DNA from: Paracoccaceae bacterium | Lineage (GTDB): Bacteria; Pseudomonadota; Alphaproteobacteria; Rhodobacterales; Rhodobacteraceae | Direction: 5' to 3' | DNA: 32,125 nucleotides | Assembly (NCBI GenBank): GCA_020441345.1 | Contig: JAGRMK010000004.1 | Coordinates: 1 to 32,125 of the forward strand | In this document: piece after piece, positions 9,111-18,019 of the stretch | Numbering within the stretch: position 1 is the stretch's first letter | Layout: every line of letters starts with the position of its first letter | Translations under genes and position numbers: made by a program | The notes under the pieces: model-generated | The model's database searches: none | What the model was told of the DNA's origin: nothing | What the model saw: only the letters and a program-made list of their open reading frames with translations

Positions 9111-9447
9111 AATCAACACGGAACCCCCCGTCGAGGACACCCGCCCGCCGGCACCGACAACCTGGCCGACCTTGCCCGAAGAGGGCATGCTGGACACGAT
9201 CCTCAAGATCATTGCCGACGAAGGCAAGGTTGATGCCGCCGATGTCGTGCCCGAAGCGACGCTGGAAACGCTGGGTCTGATCTCTATCGACGTGATCAGC
9301 ATCCTGATGGGCATCGAGGAACAATTCGATGTCTATCTGCCGATGAGCGACGAACTGTCATCGGCCCGCAACCTGGCCGAACTGATCGAGGTCATGGTCG
9401 CCCAGATGCAGCCCGACGAACTCAAGAGCATCGGCCCCGCGAAATAA
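9091..9447 (+). CDS. Specialised acyl carrier protein (118 aa; alternative start 9187)
   Basis: Small acidic protein, TLETLGLISIDVISILMGIEEQFDV matches ACP helix II with Ser at the phosphopantetheine position. GGAGAGG RBS; TAATG coupling to the ketosynthase. Confidence 0.85.
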   Translation: MTTDSPEINTEPPVEDTRPPAPTTWPTLPEEGMLDTILKIIADEGKVDAADVVPEATLETLGLISIDVISILMGIEEQFDVYLPMSDELSSARNLAELIEVMVAQMQPDELKSIGPAK

Positions 9448-10661
9448 TGGCGCGGGTCGCAATCACCGGGATGGGCGCGGTCAGCGCCGCGGGCATTGGC
9501 GCTGACACGCTGTGGATCGCGGCGCGCGATGGGGTTTCGGGCGTCCGCCCGCTTGACATACCGCGCGACGAAACCCTGCGCGTGCGCATCGCGGCCAGTG
9601 TTCCCGATTTCGACGCGGCCGCGCTGCTCGGGGGGGCCGTGCCGCGCACCAGCGAGCGGTTTACCCAGTTCGCCCTGGTCGCCGCTGCCGAAGCCGTCGC
9701 GCAGGCGGGCATCGCACCTGCCGACCTGACCGGGCGGCGCAGCGCCGCGATCATCGGCACCGGTGTCGGCGGGGTCGGCACCATCGACGACAACTGCTAC
9801 CTGTTTTATGGCACCGAGGTCGTGGCACGGGGCGAGCCGATGTCGGTGGCGCGGGTGATGCCCAGTTCGGCGGTCTCGCATGTCTCCATTGCCTATGGCA
9901 TCACCGGCCCCAGCTTTGGCATCGTCAGCGCCTGCGCCTCGGGCGCGCAGTCGATCGGCGTGGGCGCACAGATGATCCGTGCCGGCATGGTGGATCGCGC
10001 GTTGGTCGGCGCCTCGGAAGCCTGCATCACCCCGGTGACAATGCGCGGCTGGGAGATGCTGCGCGTCCTGTCGCCGCGCGCCTGCCGCCCGTTTTCGGCG
10101 GACCGCACCGGCATGGTGCTGGGCGAAGGGGCGGCGGTGTTCCTGCTTGAATCCGAGGACTCGCTGCGTGCCCGCGGCGGCACGCCGCTGGCCTGGCTCG
10201 ACGGTTACGGCACCAGCAGCGACGCGCGCGACATGATCCAGCCCGATGTCGAGGGCGCGGCCACGGCGATGCGCGAAGCGATCGACGACGCAGGCGTCGC
10301 GCCCGCAAAGATCGGCTATGTCAACGCCCATGGCACCGGCACCGTGCTGAACGACGCGAACGAGGCCGCCGCCCTGCGTCTCGTGTTCGGCGATCATCTC
10401 GACGTGCTCCCGGTCTCGTCCTCGAAGCCGATCCTGGGGCATACGCTGGGTGCGGCCGGGGCGCTCGAACTGATCGTCGCGGTTCAGGCGTTGCGCCACC
10501 AGACGGTGCCGCCGCAAGCCAACTACTCAAAACCCGACCCGAAATGTCCGCTGTTGCTGCCCGTCGATGGCGCGGTTCCCGCGGATCTCGATGCGGTCCT
10601 TTCGAACTCGTTCGCCTTTGGCGGTATCAACGCAACCTTGCTCGTGCGCCGCGCGCGATGA
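9447..10661 (+). CDS. Beta-ketoacyl-ACP synthase (FabF/NodE-like, 404 aa)
   Basis: RVAITGMG, SACASG (catalytic Cys), NAHGTGT and KPILGHTLGAAG (two His), SNSFAFGG.N. Confidence 0.93.
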   Translation: MARVAITGMGAVSAAGIGADTLWIAARDGVSGVRPLDIPRDETLRVRIAASVPDFDAAALLGGAVPRTSERFTQFALVAAAEAVAQAGIAPADLTGRRSAAIIGTGVGGVGTIDDNCYLFYGTEVVARGEPMSVARVMPSSAVSHVSIAYGITGPSFGIVSACASGAQSIGVGAQMIRAGMVDRALVGASEACITPVTMRGWEMLRVLSPRACRPFSADRTGMVLGEGAAVFLLESEDSLRARGGTPLAWLDGYGTSSDARDMIQPDVEGAATAMREAIDDAGVAPAKIGYVNAHGTGTVLNDANEAAALRLVFGDHLDVLPVSSSKPILGHTLGAAGALELIVAVQALRHQTVPPQANYSKPDPKCPLLLPVDGAVPADLDAVLSNSFAFGGINATLLVRRAR

Positions 10662-11107
10662 CGACGGCGCAAGCAGAGATCGGCGCACGGCCAGTCGGGG
10701 TGTTCCCGGTCTCTGTCGATGCGCAAGCCGTGGTCGCGTTTGCCGCGGCGCTGGGGCGGACCGACCCCTCGGACACCAAAGCGCCGGTGCCCCTGACCTT
10801 TCCGCTGCGCTGGTTCTCCGACCCCGCGATACGCGCCGCGCTCGTCGCCGCGTCCTTGCCCGATGCCGCAGGAACCCAGGCGATGCTGCCTGTCCACATC
10901 GAACAGCGCATCGCGCTGACCGAACCGCTGCGCATCGGTGCGGCGTATCGTCTGACGACTTCGGTGATTGGGCCCGACGCGCGCAACATCCTGCGCGTCA
11001 CCGCGACCCTGAGCGATGACCGGGGCAACCCGGTCGGGTCGCTTGCTTCCGGATTCCTGCTGGTTTCGACCGATGCCGGCCAACCCCCCGCCACGAGGCA
11101 CCGATGA
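10658..11107 (+). CDS. MaoC-like hot-dog fold protein, probably non-catalytic partner subunit (149 aa)
   Basis: AFAAALG, PLTFP, VHIEQRIALTEPLRIG resemble the FAS1-like/MaoC N-terminal dehydratase region; no hydratase-2 motif. ATGA overlaps at both ends. Confidence 0.6.
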   Translation: MTTAQAEIGARPVGVFPVSVDAQAVVAFAAALGRTDPSDTKAPVPLTFPLRWFSDPAIRAALVAASLPDAAGTQAMLPVHIEQRIALTEPLRIGAAYRLTTSVIGPDARNILRVTATLSDDRGNPVGSLASGFLLVSTDAGQPPATRHR

Positions 11108-11484
11108 TCGGCACGCGCCTGCCCGCCGTGGATTTGCCCGTCGCGGATCACGCGACAATCGCCGCCTATCTCGCCGCCTCGGGCGATGACAACCCGTTGC
11201 ATCGCCTGCCCGACCTGGCACAGGCGGCGGGGTATTCCGACATCCTGGTGCCGGGGATGCTGATCATGGGCCAGATGGCCGAGGCGTTGCAGGCCTGGCC
11301 AACCTGCGCCGCGATCGACTGGATCCTGTGCCGCTTCGTCGATCCGGTCGTGGTCGGCACCGCCCTGCGCTGCGAGGGGCGGATCCTGGCCGCCGATCCA
11401 TCGGGCGGGGTTGTCGTGCGGCTGACGGCGGGAGTAGGGCGGCGCTATTCGGTCGTCTGCGAGGCGGTCATTCATCTTGCCTGA
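11104..11484 (+). CDS. MaoC family (R)-specific dehydratase (126 aa)
   Basis: Hydratase-2 motif YLAASGDDNPLH, then A..AGY..ILVPGM and RFVDPVVVG. Confidence 0.88.
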   Translation: MIGTRLPAVDLPVADHATIAAYLAASGDDNPLHRLPDLAQAAGYSDILVPGMLIMGQMAEALQAWPTCAAIDWILCRFVDPVVVGTALRCEGRILAADPSGGVVVRLTAGVGRRYSVVCEAVIHLA

Positions 11485-12604
11485 GGGCCCTCAATCGGCC
11501 TCTCACCCGCCAGTGTTCGACCCCAAGCACAAGCCCGCACCCGGCCAGCAACACGACCGGCAGCCCCCAGGCTGCCGTCAGCGGCGACAGGCGTTCGTAT
11601 TCCCCCAGCGCGGAAAAGACATTGCCCGCGATGTGCAACGAATAGGCCGCGCCCACGATCACCAGCGGCACCAACAACCCGCGACGCGCGGCCATCCAGC
11701 GCAGGCTCAACGCAGCGACCAGCAGGGCCAGCGCAAGACTCCCGGCAATTGCCGCCCATCGTTCGTGCAGCGCCGCCCGATAGGCCCCCTGCGTCGGCAC
11801 GCCGCTTTCGGCGGCGGCAATCCGCCGCAACACGGGTTGCGGCAGGAATCGCGGCGCGACCCCGGCATAAGACAGCCAGTCGGCGTTCATCATCAGTGGC
11901 ACCAGGGCGCCCGTATCGCCCTCGGCGGGCCACGAGGCATGGTCGCCCTCCAGCATCAACCCTGCCTCGGTAGGGCGCGCGGCATCGGTCCAGATCACGC
12001 GCAACAACCGGTCGTCGGCATCAAACAGGAACAGGCGGGCATTGACCAGCACCGGCCCGTCGGCGGCAAAACGAATGCCCGCGTAGATCAGCGTATCGCC
12101 GAAATCGCGCCAGGCGCGCGGCGCGGTTCCGGCACGGAATCGAGAGCCGTAGAAACGGAATCCGGCCTCGCCCTGGGCGGCAACGGCGTAGGGCCGGACA
12201 TGGGCCTGAAGCGCGTATTGTCCAAGCCCGACAGCCAGCCCGACGACAAGCGCGGGCACCAGCGACAGGCCCGGTGCGCGCCCGGTGTTGGCGATCATCG
12301 ACCGCTCATAGCCCTGGGTCAACCGGACCTCGACCCACAAAATTCCGATCGCCAGCGCAATCGGCAGGATCGCAGGCAGGTTATACGCGGCACGCAGCCA
12401 CAGGTAATAGACCAGACGCAGCGCACCGTCGGGGGTTTCGACGATCCCCTCGGCCGACAGCACGCGGTCGAACCGGCCCGCCAGATCGAGCGCCAGCACC
12501 AGCGCCAGCACCAGCGCCGCCACCAGCAAAGTGTGCAACAGATAGAGCCGCGCGACGTAGCGCGTCTCAAGCCCGAACAGAGCAAGGGGAAACCGCCGGA
12601 TCAC
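11468..12604 (-). CDS. LptF/LptG family permease (LptG-like, 378 aa)
   Basis: RYVARLY start, three N-terminal TM helices, beta-rich periplasmic region, three C-terminal helices ending in LSPLTAAWGLP; third gene of lptB-F-G run. Divergent from canonical LptG. Confidence 0.8.
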   Translation of the reverse strand: MIRRFPLALFGLETRYVARLYLLHTLLVAALVLALVLALDLAGRFDRVLSAEGIVETPDGALRLVYYLWLRAAYNLPAILPIALAIGILWVEVRLTQGYERSMIANTGRAPGLSLVPALVVGLAVGLGQYALQAHVRPYAVAAQGEAGFRFYGSRFRAGTAPRAWRDFGDTLIYAGIRFAADGPVLVNARLFLFDADDRLLRVIWTDAARPTEAGLMLEGDHASWPAEGDTGALVPLMMNADWLSYAGVAPRFLPQPVLRRIAAAESGVPTQGAYRAALHERWAAIAGSLALALLVAALSLRWMAARRGLLVPLVIVGAAYSLHIAGNVFSALGEYERLSPLTAAWGLPVVLLAGCGLVLGVEHWRVRGRLRALRQDE

Positions 12605-13794
12605 AGGTGCATCCTCTGCGGCAGAATGGAACCCGGCAACAGCCGCCCCATGACCAGCGCCACCGTCAGTGCCACCGCCAGCGTCGCAGCCAGCGCAATC
12701 GCCATCGCGGGTGCCGGACCCAGTCCGACCAGAAATTCCGCCGCTGGCGCGACCCCCAACCCGCCGCCCAGCACGACGCCCAGCGCGGCGGGCAGCGCCG
12801 CAAGCCGCATCCGTCCCCGAGTCGCCACCAACCCCAGCCCGGCCAGCAACGGCGCGACAAAGGCCAGCGCCATGCCCAGCAACCGTTCCAACGTGGCGCG
12901 GCCGGCGTCGGTCTCGCCCTCAAGCCAGCGGATCACCAGTTCTGGCAGCATCGCGCCGCGCGTAACGCCGCCGCGCGCCACCGCGTCAGGCAGGGCGATC
13001 GGCACGCCGCCGACACGCAGGTGTTCGACACCGATTTGCACGCTGGGTGTCCGCTCTTGTCCTTCGCCACGGGTAAAGGCGATGACCCTTGCCCCGTCCA
13101 GGTCCAGAGATCCGATTTCGTCGCCCATCGTGTAATTCAACCTTGAGCGCGCGGCGGTGACGACCTGCTCCTCATCCGGCGACGGCGCGAGAAACACGAA
13201 GGTTCGTGCCCCGCCCGCATCCTCGCCCGCATCCTCGCCCGCATCCCCGCTCTCAGGTCCGCCATCGGTCCGGGGTTGCTGGTAGAACGTCGTCGTGCCG
13301 ATCGTCAGGAACTGCCCAGCCGTCAGTTGCCCCTGTTGCACCGCCTCGAACCGCCCCTCGATCAACCGGGTCGCCAACTGGCGGGCCGCCAGCGGCTCGA
13401 TGAACCCGCGCAACCCGCCCGCCAGCGTCAGCGCCAGCAGTCCGAGACCCAGGCAGAACCCGACCAGCGCACGCGGCGCGACCCCTGCCCCGGCGAGAAT
13501 GACGAAATCCCCGGCTTCACGCCGCCGCAACAGCGCGAAATAGACCGCGATGACCACCGCGATCGGAAAGCCGACCGACAGGATCTCGGGCGCGGCCAGC
13601 ACCAGGGTTTCAACCAGAAAGCCCACGCCCAACTGGTTGCGCAGCGCATCGAACAGAAGATGCGTGACCATCTTGTCAGACAGATACAACGCCTCGACCG
13701 CCAGCAGCATCAGCGCCATCTGCCGCACGACCTCGACGGCAAAAGACACCAGATACCGCCGTGGAAGGCCGACGCGGCGCGAGGCTTTGCGCAT
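12601..13794 (-). CDS. LptF/LptG family permease (LptF-like, 397 aa)
   Basis: RRYL, PEILSVGFPIA, GDFVILAGAGVAP (cf. E...l.A.GvS), F.EP, GQF; GAGGGG RBS before ATG 13794. Confidence 0.8.
   Translation of the reverse strand: MRKASRRVGLPRRYLVSFAVEVVRQMALMLLAVEALYLSDKMVTHLLFDALRNQLGVGFLVETLVLAAPEILSVGFPIAVVIAVYFALLRRREAGDFVILAGAGVAPRALVGFCLGLGLLALTLAGGLRGFIEPLAARQLATRLIEGRFEAVQQGQLTAGQFLTIGTTTFYQQPRTDGGPESGDAGEDAGEDAGGARTFVFLAPSPDEEQVVTAARSRLNYTMGDEIGSLDLDGARVIAFTRGEGQERTPSVQIGVEHLRVGGVPIALPDAVARGGVTRGAMLPELVIRWLEGETDAGRATLERLLGMALAFVAPLLAGLGLVATRGRMRLAALPAALGVVLGGGLGVAPAAEFLVGLGPAPAMAIALAATLAVALTVALVMGRLLPGSILPQRMHL
13213..13246. repeat. 12-bp tandem repeat (GCCCGCATCCTC x ~2.8) within the lptF-like gene
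   Basis: Read directly; encodes DAGEDAGEDAG in the predicted periplasmic domain. Confidence 0.9.
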
Positions 13795-13801
13795 CCCCTC
13801 T

Positions 13802-14548
13802 CTACCCCGCGAATTCCGGGCCGAGCCAGAGCGCGCGCAGCGCCGGGTCGTCCAGCACCACCGCCGGCGCGGCATCCCGCAGGATGATCCCGCCCGCGAT
13901 GACAAGGGTGCGGTCACAGATCGACAGGGTGTCGTGGATGTTGTGATCGGTGATCAACACGCCAATGCCACGCGCGGCCAAGGTGCGGATCTGCTCCTTG
14001 ACCTGACCGATCGACAGCGGGTCCAGCCCGGTAAAGGGTTCATCCAGCAGCAGATAGCGCGGGCGCACCGCCAGCAGCCGGGCGATCTCGCAGCGCCGCC
14101 GCTGCCCGCCCGAAAGCTGGCCGGGCCGGTGGTTGCGGATCCCGTTCAGGTCCATCTCTTCCAGCAGGATTTCCAGCCGCGCCGCGCGCTCGGCCCTGTC
14201 GGGTTCATGGTTTTCCAGCGCCAGCCGGATGTTGTCGGCAACGCTCAGCCCGCGAAAGGCCGAAGGATCCTGTGGCAGATAGCTGAGACCGCAGCGCGCG
14301 CGGGCATAGGTCGGCAACCGGGTCACATCGAGCCCGTCCAGCGTGATCCGCCCGCCATTCGGCGGTTCGGCCCCGATCAGCATCCGGTAGAGGGTCGTCT
14401 TTCCCGCGCCGTTCGGTCCCATCAGGGACACGATTTCGCCACGGGCGACGGTAAAGCTGGCGTCCGCGACCGCCTGGAAGCCCCGGTATCGTTTGGACAG
14501 GCCGACTGCCGCCAGTGCATTCTGGCCTTCCGCACCCGCTGGCATCAT
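13802..14548 (-). CDS. lptB: LptB-like ABC ATPase (248 aa)
   Basis: GPNGAGKTT, YLPQDPSAFRGLSV, LSGGQRRRCEIAR, LLDEPFTGLDP, GVLITDHN and C-terminal LWLGPEF all track LptB. Confidence 0.88.
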   Translation of the reverse strand: MMPAGAEGQNALAAVGLSKRYRGFQAVADASFTVARGEIVSLMGPNGAGKTTLYRMLIGAEPPNGGRITLDGLDVTRLPTYARARCGLSYLPQDPSAFRGLSVADNIRLALENHEPDRAERAARLEILLEEMDLNGIRNHRPGQLSGGQRRRCEIARLLAVRPRYLLLDEPFTGLDPLSIGQVKEQIRTLAARGIGVLITDHNIHDTLSICDRTLVIAGGIILRDAAPAVVLDDPALRALWLGPEFAG

Positions 14549-15573
14549 GGCGTCGTTTTCGCCCGCGCGGGGCAGGTCGCCACCGCAAGTCCCGCCGCGC
14601 CGATGATCAAGGTCGAGACCAGCATCATCGCCTGGTGCAGCACCGCGACCGATATCGCCTCGGCGGCCGGGGTTCCGAGCGCGGCATAGGTTGTGAAAAC
14701 CGCCAGCGCCTGCGGGCCCAGGTGCACCGGCGCAAGCGGCAAGAGCGACACAAGGCTGACCGAAGCCACCGCGAGAATCGCCAGCGCGGGTGTCCCGTCG
14801 ATGCCCAGCGCGCGCTGGATCGCATAGGCCGACGCGATCTCTAGCCCTTTTTTCAGCACCGCAAGCAGCGCCGCAGGCAGCACCACCCGGACCGATCCAA
14901 GCCGCCCGAGATCCCCCGCAAAGCGCGCGACCGCCGCGCCCAGCCGCGCACCCAGCGCGCTCCGCAAGGCGCGCCGGAACCGGCCCAGACCGGCCAGCAG
15001 CAGGCAGGCAACGCCCAGTGCCGCGCCCAGCACAAGGCTAGCGTTGCGTACCGGCGCCGGCACCGGCGCCATCGCCAGCGCAAGGACCAGAACAAGCAGC
15101 TTCGTGCCCCCTGCCAGGATCTGATCGACGGTCATCACGCTGGCCGCCTCGGCGGCCGTAAGCCCCGCATGGGTGTGAAGCGCCGCCCCGCCCGAGGCAA
15201 CGCCGCCGAGCCCCGAGATCGTAAAGCGCGCGCCGATGGACAGCGCGACCACCTGTGCCATGACCGGCCAGCGCACAATGCGCAACGGCGCGGCAATATG
15301 TCGCCACTGCCAGACCCACAGGGGATAGACCACCAGGCTCGCCGCCAACGCCAGCGCCAGCACGCCCCAGTTCGCGGCGGCCAGCGCAATAGTGACCTGT
15401 TCCCAAGGCGATAGGGCTATGGCGAGAACCAGCAACACCAGCACCGACACAACCACGGCACCGGTCAGCAGACGCCGCCATGACGGCCCAGCCCATCGGC
15501 GCGCCGTGGCACCACCGGTGACGGCGTGCGCCACAGGGCCCTGTCTTGCCGTGTCACGATGTCCTCGCAGCAT
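14545..15573 (-). CDS. Lysylphosphatidylglycerol-synthase-TM / flippase-like (UPF0104) membrane protein (~342 aa)
   Basis: Highly hydrophobic; W..V...LAAANW, WQWRHI, GG, DQI, LPLAPVHLG (cf. P.tPgglG), LG....A pattern. ATGA overlap with lptB. Start uncertain (15573 or 15621). Confidence 0.72.
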   Translation of the reverse strand: MLRGHRDTARQGPVAHAVTGGATARRWAGPSWRRLLTGAVVVSVLVLLVLAIALSPWEQVTIALAAANWGVLALALAASLVVYPLWVWQWRHIAAPLRIVRWPVMAQVVALSIGARFTISGLGGVASGGAALHTHAGLTAAEAASVMTVDQILAGGTKLLVLVLALAMAPVPAPVRNASLVLGAALGVACLLLAGLGRFRRALRSALGARLGAAVARFAGDLGRLGSVRVVLPAALLAVLKKGLEIASAYAIQRALGIDGTPALAILAVASVSLVSLLPLAPVHLGPQALAVFTTYAALGTPAAEAISVAVLHQAMMLVSTLIIGAAGLAVATCPARAKTTP

Positions 15574-15652
15574 GCCGACGCTACCAATTCTCTGGTGGTG
15601 GGGACATTGCCCTGATAACAACCATCCTTAGTGAATTAGGCTTGAGATATCA

Positions 15653-16744
15653 ATGAACGGGAATACCATCCGTGTCGCAATCGTAGGCATCGGCAATTGC
15701 GCATCGTCCTTCGTTCAGGCGCTCACGTTTTATCGCGGGAGCCCCGAAGACATCAGTGCCATGACCGGCCTGATGCATGACGAACTCGGTGGCTACCGCA
15801 TCGACGACATCGAGGTCGTCGCGGCTTTCGACGTGCACGCCGGCAAAGTCGGCCAGGATTTGTCCGACGCGATCCATTGCCCGCCCAACAACACCCTGCG
15901 CTTTGCCGATGTGGCACCGCTGGGCGTCACGGTCCAGCGCGGCCCGACGCTGGATGGAATCGGAACCTATGTCGAAGACATGGTGCCGTTGTCCGATCTG
16001 CCTGATGTCGATGTCGCGCAGGTGCTCAAGGACAGTGGCGCGCAAGTCCTGATCAACTATCTGCCCGTGGGGTCCGAGGCGGCAACCCGGTTCTATGTCG
16101 AGCAGGCCCTTGAAGCAGGCTGCGGCGTCATCAATTGCATTCCGGTGTTCATCGCCTCGGACCCGGTCTGGTCGGAACGGTTTCGCGCGGCCGGCCTGCC
16201 GATCATCGGCGACGATATCAAGAGCCAGGTGGGCGCCACCATCGTGCACCGGACACTGGTCAACCTGTTCAAGGATCGCGGCGTGCGCGTCGACCGGACC
16301 TATCAGCTCAATTTCGGCGGCAACACCGATTTCAAGAACATGCTGGAACGTCAGCGCCTTGAATCAAAGAAGATCTCGAAAACCCGCGCGGTCTCCAGCC
16401 AGACCGCCAACGCTTTGGCGGACAAGGACATCCATGTCGGACCCAGCGACTATGTGCCCTGGCTCGATGATCGCAAATGGGCGCAGATCCGCATCGAGGG
16501 CACCGGCATCGGCGGTGCGCCGGTCAATATCGAACTGAAGCTGGAGGTCTGGGATTCCCCCAACTCGGCCGGCGTCGTGCTGGATGCGGTGCGTTGCCTG
16601 AAGCTGGCCTTCGACCGGGGGATCGCCGGATGCATCGAGGCGCCGTCAAGTTTCTACATGAAATCGCCCCCCGTGCAGATCGAAGACAAGGACGCCATGC
16701 GGCGCTTGCAGATCTTCATTGACGCGACCGCGACGAAAGCCTGA
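15653..16744 (+). CDS. ino1: Myo-inositol-1-phosphate (inositol-3-phosphate) synthase (363 aa)
   Basis: [58 protein letters not shown]. Confidence 0.97.
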   Translation: MNGNTIRVAIVGIGNCASSFVQALTFYRGSPEDISAMTGLMHDELGGYRIDDIEVVAAFDVHAGKVGQDLSDAIHCPPNNTLRFADVAPLGVTVQRGPTLDGIGTYVEDMVPLSDLPDVDVAQVLKDSGAQVLINYLPVGSEAATRFYVEQALEAGCGVINCIPVFIASDPVWSERFRAAGLPIIGDDIKSQVGATIVHRTLVNLFKDRGVRVDRTYQLNFGGNTDFKNMLERQRLESKKISKTRAVSSQTANALADKDIHVGPSDYVPWLDDRKWAQIRIEGTGIGGAPVNIELKLEVWDSPNSAGVVLDAVRCLKLAFDRGIAGCIEAPSSFYMKSPPVQIEDKDAMRRLQIFIDATATKA

Positions 16745-16789
16745 CAACGCCGTCGGGTTGAGGACGCGCAAATCCATGGGACAGCGCAA

Positions 16790-18019
16790 ATGGCCGATAC
16801 GGCAAAGGTGAAAAGCTCGTTCAACGACGTGATGGCGCGGCGGTTTTCGCGCACCTTCCAGCGCGCGGCCCAGGGGCTCAGCGCCGAGGATATCGCCCAG
16901 TCGGGCGCCCGCGATGCCTTCTTTGCACCGGTCGATGCGCTGGCCGCCGATGTCCAGGCAAAGGGCGGCGCTTTCCTCAGCTTTGGTCACTACGATTACC
17001 TTGGCGTGTCCGGTCATCCCGCGGTGATCGAGGCCGGGGTCGCCGCGCTGCGTCAGTTCGGCGCCGGCGCCGGGGCCTCGCGGCTGGTGGGCGGCGAGCG
17101 GTTGGCACATCGCGCCCTGGAACAGGCCATGGCGGGCTTTCTGGGCGCCGAAGCGACGCTGATGATGATCAGCGGATACCTCGCCAACCTGTCGCTCATC
17201 CCGCATCTGCTGACTGCGCAAGACCTGCTGATCATCGATTCGCTTGCGCATAACTCGATTGCCAGCACCGCGCGCACCGGCGGATATGACTGCCGGACCT
17301 TCGCACATAACGATTGCGACGCGCTGGAGCGTATTCTAGAGGCCGAGCGCGGCAATTATCGCCAGGTTCTGATTGTCACCGAAGGCCTGTTCTCGATGGA
17401 TGGCGACATCCCCGATCTGCCGCGCCTTCTGGCGATGAAAGAACGGCACGACGCTTGGCTGATGCTGGACGAGGCGCATTCCTATGGCGTTCTGGGCGCG
17501 ACCGGGCGCGGGATTACCGAGCATTTCGGCATCGACCCCCGGCGCATCGACATTTCGGTCGGCACCCTGTCCAAGAGCTTCGGCGCGTCCGGCGGTTTCA
17601 TCGCGGCGGCCGCGCATGTGATCGAATGGCTGCGCTACACCCTGCCCGGCTTCGTGTTCAGCGTCGGCCTGTCACCGGCGACGGTGGCGACGGTCCGCGC
17701 GGCGCTGGAGCTGCTGGTCGCCGAGCCCGAGCGCCTGGACCGCCTGCGCGAAACATCGGCCTATTTCCTGCGCCGCGCACGGGACGCGGGGCTGAACACC
17801 GGCCCAGCGATCGGTATTGCGGTGGTGCCTGTCCTCTTTGACAGCACGGCGCAGACGATGAGGATGGCAAAACGGTTGCGCGATGCGGGGATCTACGCCC
17901 CGCCGGTTGCCCAGGTCGGCGTGCCGGTGGACAGCCCGCGCATCCGGTTCTTCCTGACCGCGAACCATACGCGCGCGGACATCGACCGCGTGATCGGGTT
18001 GCTTGCACAGCCGGACTGA
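16790..18019 (+). CDS. PLP-dependent alpha-oxoamine synthase, candidate serine palmitoyltransferase (409 aa)
   Basis: YDYLG, ASRLVGG, SGYLAN, HNSI, EGLFSMDGD, DEAHS, GTLSKS (PLP lysine). Family is secure; SPT specificity is inferred from context. Confidence 0.8.
   Translation: MADTAKVKSSFNDVMARRFSRTFQRAAQGLSAEDIAQSGARDAFFAPVDALAADVQAKGGAFLSFGHYDYLGVSGHPAVIEAGVAALRQFGAGAGASRLVGGERLAHRALEQAMAGFLGAEATLMMISGYLANLSLIPHLLTAQDLLIIDSLAHNSIASTARTGGYDCRTFAHNDCDALERILEAERGNYRQVLIVTEGLFSMDGDIPDLPRLLAMKERHDAWLMLDEAHSYGVLGATGRGITEHFGIDPRRIDISVGTLSKSFGASGGFIAAAAHVIEWLRYTLPGFVFSVGLSPATVATVRAALELLVAEPERLDRLRETSAYFLRRARDAGLNTGPAIGIAVVPVLFDSTAQTMRMAKRLRDAGIYAPPVAQVGVPVDSPRIRFFLTANHTRADIDRVIGLLAQPD

Noticed and set aside
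11477-13135. 552-aa plus-strand ORF and similar long antisense ORFs (e.g. 7896-9314, 5639-6871, 27096-28322)
   Set aside because: Shadow ORFs opposite well-supported genes; expected in high-GC DNA and without recognisable motifs.
16790-18019. Annotation as bioF (8-amino-7-oxononanoate synthase)
   Set aside because: Same family and not excluded by motifs alone, but no other biotin genes are nearby and the context is lipid synthesis; no gene symbol assigned.
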